Positions 45,960 through 59,923 are shown, counted from the stretch's first letter. The stretch is 64,000 bases of DNA from Eledone cirrhosa (GCA_964016885.1 CAXHJY010000072.1:1-64000), one strand, 5' to 3'. The notes: a model not told the origin generated them from the sequence alone. Numbers and translations are program-made.

Positions 45960-46722
45960 TTAATATAGATGAGATTCTACAGGACTAGAACTGTTTCATT
46001 CATTAGAAATCATCAGGAGTCTGGGTATCGAAAAATAAAATGGTATTTATAGGTCTCTACAAGTGGTAGGAGAGGGTGGGGAGTGGGATGGGTGCAGGTC
46101 ATTGGTTGATAGAAAAGGGAATTCATTAAAAGCTAATTCTACAAAGCTATAGTTTATTTTTATTTATTTATGTTTTTAGAGTAACAAGGGCAGACAGAAT
46201 TCTATAAACAGGTTCCGGATGGCATGCCAATCCTTGTCATTAAGTTTCTCTTAAGCTAACAGATGTCTATAAAATCAGTGGGGGGTCAGTCATGGTCGAT
46301 AATTAATTCTATCGACCATGACTGACCCCCCACTGATTTTATAGACATCTGTTAGCTTAAGAGAAACTTAATGACAAGGATTGGCATGCCATCCGGAACC
46401 TGTTTATAGAATTCTGTCTGCCCTTGTTACTCTAAAAACATAAATAAATAAAAATAAACTATAGCTTTGTAGAATTAGCTTTTAATGAATTCCCTTTTCT
46501 ATCAACCAATGACCTGCACTCATCCCACTCCCCACCCTCTCCTACCACTTGTAGAGACCTATAAATACCATTTTATTTTTCGATACCCAGACTCCTGATG
46601 ATTTCTAATGAATGAAACAGTTCTAGTCCTGTAGAATCTCATCTATATCAAAACTTTTATACCCTGCTATGTATTGAGTACCTTACTTACTGTGGTTACC
46701 TCCGATTCAACCCGGAATAACG
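45956..46722 (+). mobile_element. Large fold-back HHR-bearing element: 346-bp near-perfect arms, 8-nt loop, 67-nt tail
   Basis: Arms 45956-46301 and 46310-46655; HHR at 46591-46637 (+) and 45974-46020 (-); tail with GTATTGAGTAC; (TA)n flanks. Confidence 0.85.
46591..46637 (+). ncRNA. Hammerhead ribozyme-like motif (type I)
   Basis: actc-CTGATGA-tttc taat gaat-GAAA-cag ttctagtc ctg-TA-gaat; U-U at the base of stem II. Confidence 0.6.
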
Positions 46723-46958
46723 TATATATATATATATATATATATATGCATACAAATTCTCGTTTCATCTCTCGGAGAGTTACTGTGACAAAGAATCTTT
46801 TATATTATGACAGTATTCCACCTGTTCTACATAGTTCGTTTAAATTTCGACACTACCAAATTATAGGATTCTATTACGATGATAACTCACGCCGTTGTAT
46901 GAGAAGTTGTATGTAATAAGAAACGAAATTACAAACAACGTACATGAGCTTATTCCAT

Positions 46959-46997
<39 letters not shown>

Positions 46998-47041
46998 AGA
47001 ACAAATTTACGAAATGGAAATGCGGGTATATAGAATTTATT

Positions 47042-47158
47042 AGGTAACAATTGTTTCTATAGTGTGTGAGTTACCTATACCTCGCTATTTGAATAATACA
47101 CAAATATTATCAAAAACCGAAAGTACACTGTAAGCCAACACACCATGTCATCAGACCT
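47042..47158 (-). ncRNA. Type I hammerhead with extended (about 90-nt) stem II domain
   Basis: aggt-CTGATGA-c atggtgtg...cacactat a-GAAA-caattg-TT-acct; 4-bp stem I, 8-bp stem II base, palindromic stem III. Confidence 0.65.
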
Positions 47159-47931
47159 CTGTATTAGAATGATATGAAAATATGTTATACACTAGATAAA
47201 AGATAAAGAAGGAGGTAAGAAGAGAAGGGGAAGAGGGAAGTGAGTAAGGTGGAGGGAGTCTTAGGGTTTAAGACTGTCAGACTAGTAGAGATTGTGAAGA
47301 GAGAATGTTTTGGCAGCAGTTAGCTTAATGAGGCGTGCTAAGGTTGGCTGGGAAGTAGATACTTCTAGTGGTGTTGTTCGGACAAAATTTAGTTAGAGGG
47401 GTCAAAGTGGTACAATGTCACAGACAAGTTATTAGGGCTATTATAGTAGCAGGTTATTTCTAAAGGGGTCCAGAAAAACAGTGTTTAGTACTATTATTAT
47501 AGAAAGTCATATCTAGTGTATATATATATATATATATATATGAGATTATTGCAATTATTGTTAGCATTATATTAACTCAATCCGTTTAGCCTCAGGATTC
47601 ACAACTTTTAAATTTATGTCTATAAACTTAAACAGAAATCTGTAGATTTGATAAAAATGAATTATTAGTTTCATATATGAAAGTCTGGCTTTAATGTATT
47701 TCTATATATTGCGTTATGTATGATACCATTAATGATAAGATTCATCTGATCACAGTCGTAAATGAAATTTCAATTAAATTGTTTTCCAAACAACTAGGAA
47801 ATATACATGGAAATATCGAGTAATTTATTTTCCTTAATATTTCGATACACAATCTAATGCTCACGTATATTATGGAAGATGCAAATAGAAGTGAAATTCT
47901 GAAAAATACATACTGGAAATATTTTGTTTGC

Positions 47932-48326
47932 AATAATGGTTTCTTATATAGGCACAAGGCCAGCGATTTTGGGGGAGGAGAAAGTCTATTAAATCGACCC
48001 CAGTGCGTGACTGGTACTTTATTTTATCGACCCCGTAAGGATATAAGGCAAAGTTAACCTCGGCGGGACGTGAAAGCAGTTCATAAAAGGCCCGAACTCT
48101 ATACTGCAAAGCATGGCATCCGACCCTCTACCGATACTGCCAATCCACCGCCCTTAGAGTTTCTACTTTTGGCACAAGACCAGGGATTACCCCAGTGCAT
48201 CACTGGTATTTTATTTTATCGACCCCGTAAGGATGAATGGCAAAGTTAACCTCCGAATGCCAAGGGCTGTAGCTCTATGCGTCAAAGCATGGCGGCCGAC
48301 CCTCTGCCGATGCTGCCAATCCCCCG
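47932..48326 (-). mobile_element. Two tandem tRNA-SINE copies (47932-48153; 48158-48326)
   Basis: Family consensus match. Confidence 0.85.
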
Positions 48327-48337
48327 TTCTACCGTAA

Positions 48338-48595
48338 TCTACTTATAATATATAACCAGCAATTTCTCTGTCTGTCTGTCCGACAGTGGAAACACGTGCG
48401 CGCGTGCGAATGTTTTTTGCGCACGCGTAGAGAGAGAGAGACTACAAGAGGGGGATAGCGGGAGGGAGAGAGGGGGGAATTGAGGAGTGCTACAGAAACA
48501 TATATACATTTCTGTGTGTGTGTAATATGTAGATATATACACACACAGAAATATATATATATACACACAGAAATATATATATATTTCTGTGTGTG

Positions 48596-48634
<39 letters not shown>

Positions 48635-48666
48635 CACAGAAATATATATACATTTCTGCGTGTGTA

Positions 48667-48699
<33 letters not shown>

Positions 48700-48725
48700 G
48701 AAATATATATACATTTCTGTGTGTG

Positions 48726-48780
<55 letters not shown>

Positions 48781-48801
48781 GAAATATATATATATATTTC
48801 C

Positions 48802-48861
<60 letters not shown>

Positions 48862-48910
48862 CACACACAGAAATGTATATATATATACACACAGAAATAT
48901 ATATACATCC
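48338..48910 (+). mobile_element. Helitron-like element 5' body with ACACACAGAAAT/(TA) minisatellite (24539 family; may extend to about 50162)
   Basis: Near-identical to 24541-24980. Confidence 0.55.
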
Positions 48911-49143
48911 CTTAGCTACTGTACTGTATCTGTTGCTATCTCTCTCTCTCGCCAGCTATCCTTCTCTTTTAGTCTGTCTGTTTCTCTCACTCTCACTCTT
49001 TCTCTTTGTAACACACTAACATTCCTCCCCTCTATCGCTGTGACGAATGGGGAAATGGAGGAGGAAGAGGAGAGAGTCACTTCGTCACTTCACCTCTGCC
49101 TTTCTTTCTCTCCCCTCTCACTCCCTCATTACGTACAGACATT

Positions 49144-49338
49144 AGGGCGGTGGATTGGCAGAATCTGTAGAGAGTCGGACACCATGCTTCATAGCATGGA
49201 GTTAGGTCCCTTTACGGTCTGAGTTCAAATACCGCCGAGGTTAACTTTGCCTTTCATCCTCACGGGGTCGATAAAATAAAGTACCAGTAATGTACTGGGT
49301 AATTGCTGGCCTTGTGCCAAAAGTAGAAATAATTATTA
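49144..49338 (+). mobile_element. tRNA-derived SINE, full length
   Basis: Family consensus match. Confidence 0.88.
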
Positions 49339-49580
49339 GAAACATTGCTTCATTTTTACATATCTAAGCATTAGTAAAATAACTAATAATTTCAAAAGTA
49401 ATTTTTCAATTCCAATTGTTATGAACAACAAAACATTAATAATAATTTTGTTCTAAGAAATATATATACATTTCTGTGTGTGTAATATATATATATACAC
49501 ACACAGAAATATATATACATTTCTGTGTCTGTAATATATATATATACACACAGAATTATATATACATGTCTGTGTGTGTA

Positions 49581-49613
<33 letters not shown>

Positions 49614-50162
49614 GAAATATATGGGCATTTCTCTGTTTGTCTGTCTGTCTGTCTGTCCTTCCCTAAAACTCAAATGTAGGTGCTACAGAAATATTACCTT
49701 CCCCTTCCTTTCTCCACTTTGGTACTACCAAGAGAAACACTGTCGCTATAGAAACATTACCTTCCACTCTACACTGACTTTGGTCACTGAGGCCGAGGGA
49801 ATTGCTGGTTGCTATAGAGACACCTTGCACAAGCCAGAGGTAACCAGTTCGAGGCGGTTCTGACTTGACACCATGCCAAGGACCATTTGAAGATATATTT
49901 CCATCGTTATATCATAACGTTTATGTATCATAACGTTTATATTTCCGTCACTAATCTCTTTTTCTCCTTTTTCGTTTTAACATATATTTATTTCAAAGAT
50001 TTCACCGTATAGATAACATATATATTTATACATGCATAAAAGACACACCGAGAGACGGTGAACATGTGGTGCCGAAAACATCTCTCATCCAAATCTCAAC
50101 AATATCAGTATATACACTAGATTTGTTAGCAGAAAACCGCCCATCGGGTGGTTTTCTGCTAG

Positions 50163-50648
50163 TCTATATATATAAAACTGAGGATGTCTGTCTGTGTGTG
50201 TGTCTGTGAGTTTGAATCCCTAAAACCCGAGAAGAACTCCCAACCGATTCTATTAGACTTCACATGTGTATTACTTATGTTTTAGGGAGTGTTATGCACA
50301 TGAAAACATTCAACTTTTTGATCCCTAGGGCCCGCATTAGGTGAAAAACTTTGTTTTCAGCTTTTGGGGGCTTTTTTGAGGCGTTACGTCTAGCCGATTT
50401 CCCGAAATTTCAAGGCATATCATGCACATAAACAAATCATTTTCTTGATCCCCTGGGGCCCGCATTAGGTGAAAACCTGCATTTTTCCTGCTTAATCGAG
50501 GAAAATCTTAAAGATTATCCAGCCATCAGAGTATTCGGTTTATTTTCTTTACATATTGTCCAGGCATGCAGTTTTTCCACGATTAGGTCTATTGGTGGCC
50601 CGCGTTTCAAAATACCCTATACCGTGCAACGACAGGTACCACTGCTAG
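50163..50648 (+). mobile_element. Non-autonomous Helitron-like element
   Basis: 5' TCTATATATATAAAA..(TGTC); 3' CCGTGCAACGACAGG then CTGCTAG-T. Confidence 0.6.
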
Positions 50649-50929
50649 TAATAATATACATTTTCTATTATTGTTTCATGCAAGAGAAACAATAATTAAA
50701 TAGCAAAGTCCCATCACAAATAAGATGGAAGACAATTCAACACAACATTTATTCTGTACCGAAAATCGATCAAAATTATGCCCTCAATCACACATTTGCA
50801 ATATTCCAATATGATTAAATATGCAAAATATATACACTTATAAAAGCGAGGAATGTATGTGTGTGTACGTCTGTGGGTGTTTGTGTATGTATGTATTTGT
50901 GCATGCATGCATGTATGTGTGTATATAAA

Positions 50930-51449
50930 TATGTATGTATAAATATATACATATATATATTTATAAATACAGATATATATCTATAAATAGATGTATATCT
51001 ATAAATATATATATATAAATATATAAATACATATATATATATGCATCTATATATAAATATATATACATATATAGATAGATAGATAGATATGCATATATAA
51101 ATATATAGACATATATAGATAGATGGATATGTATATATAAATATATAGACACATATATATACATATATAGATATGTATATATAAATGTATATATATTTAT
51201 TTACATATGCATATATGAATAAATATATAGATATAGATATGTATATATGAATATATATATTTAGATATAGATATGTATATATGAATATATATATATATAT
51301 ATATATGAATATATATAGATATAGATATGTATATATGAATATATATATGAATATATATAGATATAGATATGTATATATGAATATATATATATATATATAT
51401 GAATATATATATATATATATATGAATATATATATATATATATATATGAA

Positions 51450-51498
<49 letters not shown>

Positions 51499-51555
51499 TC
51501 ATAACTACATATCTATATCTATATATATTCATATATACACACACACACATATATG

Positions 51556-51586
<31 letters not shown>

Positions 51587-51928
51587 GAATATATATAGAT
51601 ATAGGTATGTATAGATATGTATATATGAATGTATAGATATGTATATATGAATATATAGATATGTATATATGAATATATAGATATGTATATATGAATATAT
51701 AGATATGTATATATGAATATATATATATACATATGAAAATATATGTATAGATATGAATATATATATAGATATGAATATATATATAGATATGTATATAGAA
51801 ATATATATATTCATATATACATATATATATTCATTTATAAATACATATATAAATATGTATGCATATATATATACTTATATATATATATATTTATATATAT
51901 ACTTATATCTATATATATATTTATACAT

Positions 51929-51970
<42 letters not shown>

Positions 51971-51992
51971 AGATAGATATGCATATACAAAC

Positions 51993-52025
<33 letters not shown>

Positions 52026-52030
52026 TATAC
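50930..52030. repeat. (TA)n compound microsatellite (GAAT/AGAT interruptions)
   Basis: Direct reading. Confidence 0.9.
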
Positions 52031-52237
52031 AGTGTGGGGGGAGGGGAATATGATGTATTATATGGAAATGGCAGAACTTAATAAAAATAATATTGAAGAA
52101 CACATATTTGTAATTACAATGCCTAGTATCAAATTAGGAAAAACAAATTTTATACTCAACGTTTAATATTTGTTTTCTATTACACACGTCTGCACCCACA
52201 CAACATATACGAATATATCTCAACTATGTAAAGAACG

Positions 52238-52326
<89 letters not shown>

Positions 52327-52410
52327 ATATTATATGGGTATGTATAAATATCCGTATATATTTTGTATATGTATATATTTTGAATATGTATATAGATATA
52401 AATATGTACG

Positions 52411-52441
<31 letters not shown>

Positions 52442-52648
52442 ATAATATATATATATGTGCATGTATATCATATATAATATATATATATGTGCATGTATAT
52501 CATATATAATATATATATATGTGCATGTATATCATATATAATATACATACATGCACATGTATACATGTATAAATATGCATATGATATATATATGCGCATA
52601 TATAGGTACATATAAATCTCCCTCTTTCTCTCTTTCTTTCTCTCTCTG

Positions 52649-52688
<40 letters not shown>

Positions 52689-52693
<5 letters not shown>

Positions 52694-52899
52694 AACGAGT
52701 AGGACCCCGACGGCTGAGCTCAAGCCGTTTCGACGGCTAATTCTGGACTAAGACTCGTTTTAGTCCAGAATTAGCCGTCGAAACGGCTTCAGCTCAGCCG
52801 TCGGGGTCCTAACTCGTTCCTATTACCCACTCTACTCCCCTAAGTATTGAGTACATTGGTGCGTTATGGTCCACCTGGTTCCTTACCACATTTCCTTCG

Positions 52900-52900
<1 letters not shown>
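52689..52900 (+). mobile_element. Fold-back pLTR-like element with half hammerhead (19978 family)
   Basis: Arms 52689-52751 and 52760-52823; GAAA-cggct..agccg-TC; tail GTATTGAGTAC; (TA)n flanks. Confidence 0.75.
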
Positions 52901-52943
<43 letters not shown>

Positions 52944-53132
52944 TAAGATGGCAGCATGGAGAAACAGGAGAAGAAAAGAAATCGTTCATCAGCTGTAAAA
53001 CCGAGATCAAGATGTTTCGGCGCTTATTACAGGATATCTAAAAGCGATCACCGGCACGCCCAAATATATATATATATATATATATAGTGACGAAACATAA
53101 GTCAATTGTATGAACTCATAATCCTTTATTGA

Positions 53133-53186
53133 TTGCTATATATATTTCGAAGATAGCCATTGAATGACTATGACCTCATCAGGCAG
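53133..53186 (-). ncRNA. Minimal type I hammerhead ribozyme
   Basis: tgc-CTGATGA-ggtc atagtcatt c aatggctat cttc-GAAA-tatata-TA-gca. Confidence 0.6.
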
Positions 53187-53620
53187 TTAGTCAGTTCTTA
53201 GATATGCCAGCTCTGTGTTTATAGTGTTGATGGTATCAGAGCCTTGGGACATATATATAGTTAAAGAAAGAAGAGTAACATGGTTGGCTGTACAATAAGG
53301 GTTTTATTTAAAATACTGACAATTGATCAACGAAACAATTGTCAGTACTTTAAATAAAACCCTTATTGTACACCCAACCATGTTACTCTTCTTTCCTAAA
53401 CTATTATTATTCCAAGTATAACCTGCACAGAGATTACCGCGAACTCGCTGCATAAGTATGGAAACATCTTGTTGAGTCAAACAAAGCCGTACGTTAAAAC
53501 TATCCACGACGCGGGGTACTCTAACTGGATTACGTATAACGATAACTTGTTATCCCAAATATATATATATATACGATATTAAACAAATGGAAACTATATT
53601 TATAAAACCATATTTATTTC

Positions 53621-53677
53621 ATTATACATATTTCGGGGATACCATATTAAAAATATGGCATGCCTTCTTCAGATAAA
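53621..53677 (-). ncRNA. Hammerhead-like motif (21699 family)
   Basis: tta-t-CTGAAGA-aggcatgccatatt ttt aatatggtatcccc-GAAA-tatg-TA-taat. Confidence 0.55.
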
Positions 53678-53856
53678 ATACAATATATAAACAGTTTTAT
53701 AAATAATTTTGACGTACTATAAATATTGATCAACTTTTATGTAAGAAGTTGGTTTGGTAGTGAAATGTTTATAAATATTTAGTGTTAAGCACAGTTAAAA
53801 AGAAAGACGGAGAAAAAGAAGAAATGTATCTAAAGAAAAACAGAGAGAAATAGTTT

Positions 53857-54030
<174 letters not shown>

Positions 54031-54369
54031 AATAATGTGATTGTGAAAACATAACTGATATTGGAATATTGATAGTAAAGTACATATATATTCCATTTAT
54101 TGCTGAAATGTATAGCTAGATTTACATTGTATCTTATATTCTGGGTCAACGATTAACAGAAATGGCAGATTGTTGCTAGAAAAACACTTCTAAAACATCA
54201 CCACCAAATCATTCTTGGAGTATCCTTTACTAATCTATTCACCAAATAATGTAAGGTACAATATATTCATTGGAGCATTAAATTAAATACACACATGATC
54301 TTTGTTATTCTTTAAAACAAGCAATCATTTTCATAATCATATACATCGCTACCTTTTCAGTGAATTATA

Positions 54370-55355
54370 CCTTACGTTGACTTTGCCTTTCATCCTTACA
54401 GGGGTCGATAAAATAAAGTACCAGTAATGCACTGGGTAATTGCTGGCCTTGTGCCTAACGTAGAAACAATTATTATATAGTTACGTCGCTTTACGGTCTG
54501 GGTTCAAATCCCGCCGAGGTTAACTATGCCTTTCATCCTTATGGGGTCGATAACATAAAGTACCAGTCATGTACTGGGGTCGATTTAATCGACTTTTCCC
54601 TCCCCCAAATTGCTGGCTTTGTGCCTATATAAGAAACCATTATTACGTCAGACACCATGCTTTGCAGCATATAGTTACGGGCCTTTACGTTCTGATTTCA
54701 AATCGTGCTGAGGTTAGCTTTGCCTTTCATCCTTACGGGGTCGATAAAATAAAGTACCAGTAATACACTGTAGGAGATTTAATCGACTTTCTCCTGCCCA
54801 AAATTGCTGGACTTGTGCCTATAGTATTACGGTAGAGGGTCGGACGCCATGCGTTGCAACATAGTTACGGCCCTTTATCATCTACGTTCAAAATCCCGTT
54901 GAGGTTAACTTTGCCTTTCATCCTTACGGCGATAAAATAAAGTACCAGTAATACACTGAGGTAATTGCTGGCATTGTTCCAAAAAATAGAAACAATTATT
55001 ACATCAAACACCTTGCTTTGCAGCATATAGTTACTGCCCTTTACGTCGATAAAATAAACTACCAGTAATACACTGAGGTAATTGCGGGACTTGCCTTGTT
55101 CCAAAAATAGAAACAATTATTACATCACACACCATGCTTTGCAACATAGAGTTACTGCCCTTTACGTCTATAAAATAAACTACCAGTAATACACTGGAGT
55201 ATTTGCTGGCCTTGTACCAAAAAATAGAAACAATTATTACATCAGACACCATGCTTTGCCACATAGAGTTACTGCCCTTTATGTCGATAAAATAAACTAC
55301 CAGTAATACACTGAGGTATTTGCTGGCCTTGTGCCAAAAGTAGAAAAATGTATTA
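54370..55355 (+). mobile_element. Cluster of tRNA-SINE copies ending in a tandem array of internally deleted SINE units of about 118 bp
   Basis: Four partial SINEs at 54370-55000, then a repeating ACACCATGCTTTG..CCCTTTA/CGTCGATAAAATAAACTACCAGT..GAAACAATTATTAC unit. Confidence 0.8.
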
Positions 55356-55796
55356 GTGTTGTTGTTGAGCCATTCCAGACGTGGAACACATCGACAGCGT
55401 AAGTTCCTTGTTTGCTAACGTGTTTTAAAACATTTTTCTCTGCATATAATATATTGCTTTGTAGCTAAACCAACAATCTTCTCAAGAAGCTGGTTGGATT
55501 CTTTATATCTGTAGAGATTAAGGGGTATATTCGTGTATGCCGTTTCGTAAGCACGCCCAACAACAACATCAACTACCATCAACATCCCCACCACCAATAT
55601 CACCGCCACCATCACTAACACCAGAACAACCATATATATTTTAAAAAAAAATATATATATATATATACACATATCCAAAATTAAATGAAGAGTGTCATAT
55701 CTGAGACTTGCACCATATCCACTATAGAATATGCTCAAAGATTCTAATGAATAGATCCGAGCATTTTATATCAACTAGAAATTGATTGACATTTAT

Positions 55797-56168
55797 ATAT
55801 ATATATAAACTAGAAATTCATTGAAATATATATATATATAAACTAGAAATTGATTGAAATATATATATATATAAAATAAACATATGAAACAATCAGAGGG
55901 AATAATTTGTAAAGTGTGTAAGCACACACAGCTAGGTAGGTAACTAGTTAAAGTTTAACTAGAACTTCAAATATAGATACCTTTTCATCTATATTTGAAG
56001 TTCTAGTTAAACTTTAATTAGTTACCTACCTAGCTGTGTGTGCTTACACACTTTACAAATTATTCCCTGTGATTGTTTCATATGTTTATTTTATATATAT
56101 ATATATTTCAATCAATTTCTAGTTTATATATATATATTTCAATGAATTTCTAGTTTATATATATATAT
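55797..56168. repeat. Near-perfect inverted repeat, arms of about 180 bp, 8-nt loop
   Basis: Arms 55797-55978 and 55987-56168; no HHR core seen. Confidence 0.85.
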
Positions 56169-56180
56169 ATATATATAATT

Positions 56181-56455
56181 TGGAGGCACTTGGCCTAGTG
56201 GTACGGGGCTTGGACTTATGATCATAATGTCGTGGGTTCGATTATTGTGTTGCGTGTTGTGTTCTTTAGCAAAACACTTCATTTCATGTTGCTCCAGTAT
56301 ACTCAGCTGAAAATGAGTACCAGTAATAGCTGGGGGTTTAACCCTGCGATGGACTAGCGTCCTGTCCAGGGAGGAGTTTTGTACTCTCAGTCGCTTCACG
56401 CCAAGAAACCAGGATAAGCACCGGCTAAGTGAGCCTTCTGGCTTTAGACAGACTT
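56181..56455 (+). mobile_element. Second tRNA-derived SINE family with a conserved central domain
   Basis: A-box TGGCCTAGTGG, B-box GGTTCGA, CORE/Meta-like segments (GCAAAACACTT; CTCAGCTGAAAATGAGTACC; AACCCTGCGATGGACTAGCGTCCTGTCCAGGG). Confidence 0.7.
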
Positions 56456-56459
56456 TAGA

Positions 56460-56805
56460 CTTTATATATATATGTTGAGAGAGAGAGACGGAAAATCAAC
56501 GACGGTGGGGCCAAGCGGGTTCGGCTTGGTTTTATATATATACAAACACAAAACGTCATAACTTCTGGAGTTCGCAATCGATTTTCACAAAACTTGACAC
56601 ATCGGCTACGTTTGTCCTGCATATGAATGTGAACTCCCAGAATTGGCACATATTGAGTAGGGGACCCATGGGGGCAGGAACCCCCTTTTGGAAAAAGCCG
56701 ATGATTTTGTAAAAGTAGACTTTTCGAAGCAGCACTGAAGTATTGACATAAATGGTATACACAACTGCTATTTAATACCAGAGCAACGCCGTGTACCTCT
56801 GCTAG
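56460..56805 (+). mobile_element. Helitron-like element
   Basis: 3' CCAGAGCAACGCCGTG then CTGCTAG-T, similar to other Helitron-like ends; 5' boundary uncertain. Confidence 0.45.
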
Positions 56806-56891
<86 letters not shown>

Positions 56892-58133
56892 CATGTATCG
56901 ATATATTGGGTTGTAACATAGATTGCTGTCGATTTGTGAAAACAAACAATTTATAACAACGGCGGAAATTCATGTTACAACCCAATATATATATATAGAG
57001 AGAGATAGAAATAGGGAGCGGGAATAATATACGTGCCCGGATTTGTGATAACACATAATCTAGTGGTACTATTATTTGGGAAGCCATAGAATACATTGTG
57101 TTAAGAGATGAGTAATTGGGGTCTATAAAGTCACAGATGAAATGAATTTTATAAGTTTGAACATTCTTACAATGTTTTGTATTAAACACAAGCTGGGCAA
57201 TCGATACATGACCAGTGAAATCGATACACGACCAGTGAAATAACCACTTAGAAGGAGAAATTACATTTAACTTGTCAATATAATGACATCAGCTTTTCTA
57301 TTATTTTACCCGGAAATTCGGTCAACCTAACTGTGCCATCTTTGATATTAGCATTATGGAGATTCTTATAAATGTTTTCATTTTTCTGATATTTATAAGT
57401 GGACGAAATTGGAAATACTATCTAGCATGTTAATGATACATAAGAAGCCTAAGCGAAATAGTAAGACCTGCTATTTGATACACAAACATCTAGATAGAGG
57501 GTCTTGTGAAGATTTAGATATGCATATCACTTTCAAACATGACATTCTGACAAGAAAATATACTACTTGTGCTAAATTTATTGAAAATGCTAATACAAAT
57601 ATAAATTCTCTGTCTGAAAACTTTTCCCATTTTAAACGACGTAAAACTTTTGATGTCAGCTATTACAGAGACGTGCATGAACATATATGCTACTGGAATT
57701 CTATAAATAATTGCAGTTTCCGTGTATGGAAGAGTAGAATGGCCAGTCACTGGAAAATTACGTAGATTGGGAGACAGTTTTGTATCTACTGATGCAAACA
57801 AATGGCAGATCTGCACAGCATGATAATAAAATATACATCTCTGTATCATCGTGGCAACGAGATAATAGACGTATGAGACATTTCGCCAAATTTCTATGCC
57901 AACCTCCATAGTAGTTCTGCAGACAGACACACACATCGACCCCCCCCCCCCCCACACACATATTTATAAAGAGGCAGACAGACATACATAAACAAACAAA
58001 AAGAAAAAATATATTACAAATAAGGAATTGATAGGGAAATGGAAGGCATTTGAATTATGACCTGGATGTATCCGATATATATATATATTTATATATACAT
58101 ATCTATATCTATATCTCTCTCTATATATATATA

Positions 58134-58320
58134 CGTAGGTCCCGGGTTGAGTCGGGGATAACCACAGTAAGTAAGTTACTCAATACATGGCAGAGTAAAT
58201 TTTTTTTATTTTATAGAAGGAGCTTCTACAGGACTAGTACTGTTTCATTCAGATGAAATCTTCCTGAAGATTTCATCTGAATGAAACAGTACTAGTCCTG
58301 TAGAAGCTCCTTCTATAAAA
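58134..58320 (-). mobile_element. Short fold-back element related to the 45956 family; perfect 55-bp arms with the axis at the HHR core
   Basis: Arms 58209-58263 and 58266-58320; tail 58134-58208 homologous to 46656-46722. Confidence 0.75.
58260..58306 (+). ncRNA. Type I hammerhead ribozyme-like motif
   Basis: cttc-CTGAAGA-tttca tc tgaat-GAAA-cag tactagtc ctg-TA-gaag; perfect 4-bp stem I. Confidence 0.65.
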
Positions 58321-58324
58321 TATA

Positions 58325-58381
<57 letters not shown>

Positions 58382-58472
58382 GTATATATATATATATAGA
58401 TTTATATTTAAAAAAAAAAAATATATATATATACATACATATCTATATATGTATATATATATAAATATATGT

Positions 58473-58505
<33 letters not shown>

Positions 58506-58758
58506 CATATCTATATTTATATATACATATCTATATATATATAGTATATATACATATATATATATAGTATATATACATATATATATAGTATATATACATA
58601 TATATATATATAGTATATATATATAGTATATATATATATATAGTATATATATATATCGTGAATATATAGTATATATATATATATCGTGAATATATATATA
58701 TATATATATATATCATGAATATATATATATATATACCGTGTATATATATATATATATC

Positions 58759-58829
<71 letters not shown>

Positions 58830-58983
58830 TGTATATATATATATATATATATCGTGTATATGTATATATATATATATATATCGTGTGTATATATATATAT
58901 ATTTATATCGTGTATATATATATATATATATATGTATAGATATATATCGTGTATATATATATATATATGTATAGATATATATC

Positions 58984-59017
<34 letters not shown>

Positions 59018-59074
59018 TGTGTATATATATATATATATATCGTGTATATATATATACATGTATAGATATATATC

Positions 59075-59117
<43 letters not shown>

Positions 59118-59252
59118 TTATATATATATGTATATATATATATATATCGTGTATGTATATATATATCACTTATATATATATCGTGTATATATATATATAT
59201 ATATCGTATATATTTATATATCGAATATGTATATATATATATATATATCGTG

Positions 59253-59284
<32 letters not shown>

Positions 59285-59331
59285 TCGTATATATATATAT
59301 ATTGTATATATATATATCGTTCATATATACC

Positions 59332-59368
<37 letters not shown>

Positions 59369-59410
59369 ATATATATATCATATATATATATACATATATA
59401 TATATATATC

Positions 59411-59475
<65 letters not shown>

Positions 59476-59750
59476 CATACATATATATTATATATATATA
59501 TATATATCATACATATATATTATATATATATATATATATATATCATATATATCATATAAATATATATATATATATCATATATATATATATATCATATATA
59601 TATATCATATATATATATATCATATATATATATATATCATATATATATATATATCATATATATATATATATCATATATATATATATCATATATATATATA
59701 TCATATATATCATATATATATATCATATATATCATATATATATATATATC

Positions 59751-59788
<38 letters not shown>

Positions 59789-59923
59789 CATATATATATA
59801 TCATATATATCATATATATATATCATATATATATATCATATATATCATATATATATCATATATATCATATATATCATATATATATATATATCATATATAT
59901 CATATATATATATATATCATATA

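Noticed and set aside
52985-53022. Possible type II hammerhead (GAAA upstream of CTGATGA on the minus strand)
   Set aside because: Stems I and II do not pair convincingly.
57600-57820. Hydrophobic stretch ILCLKTFPIL..ATGIL*IIAVSVYG resembling a claudin/PMP22-like transmembrane segment
   Set aside because: In-frame stops, no clear splice sites, and similarity too weak to support without a search.
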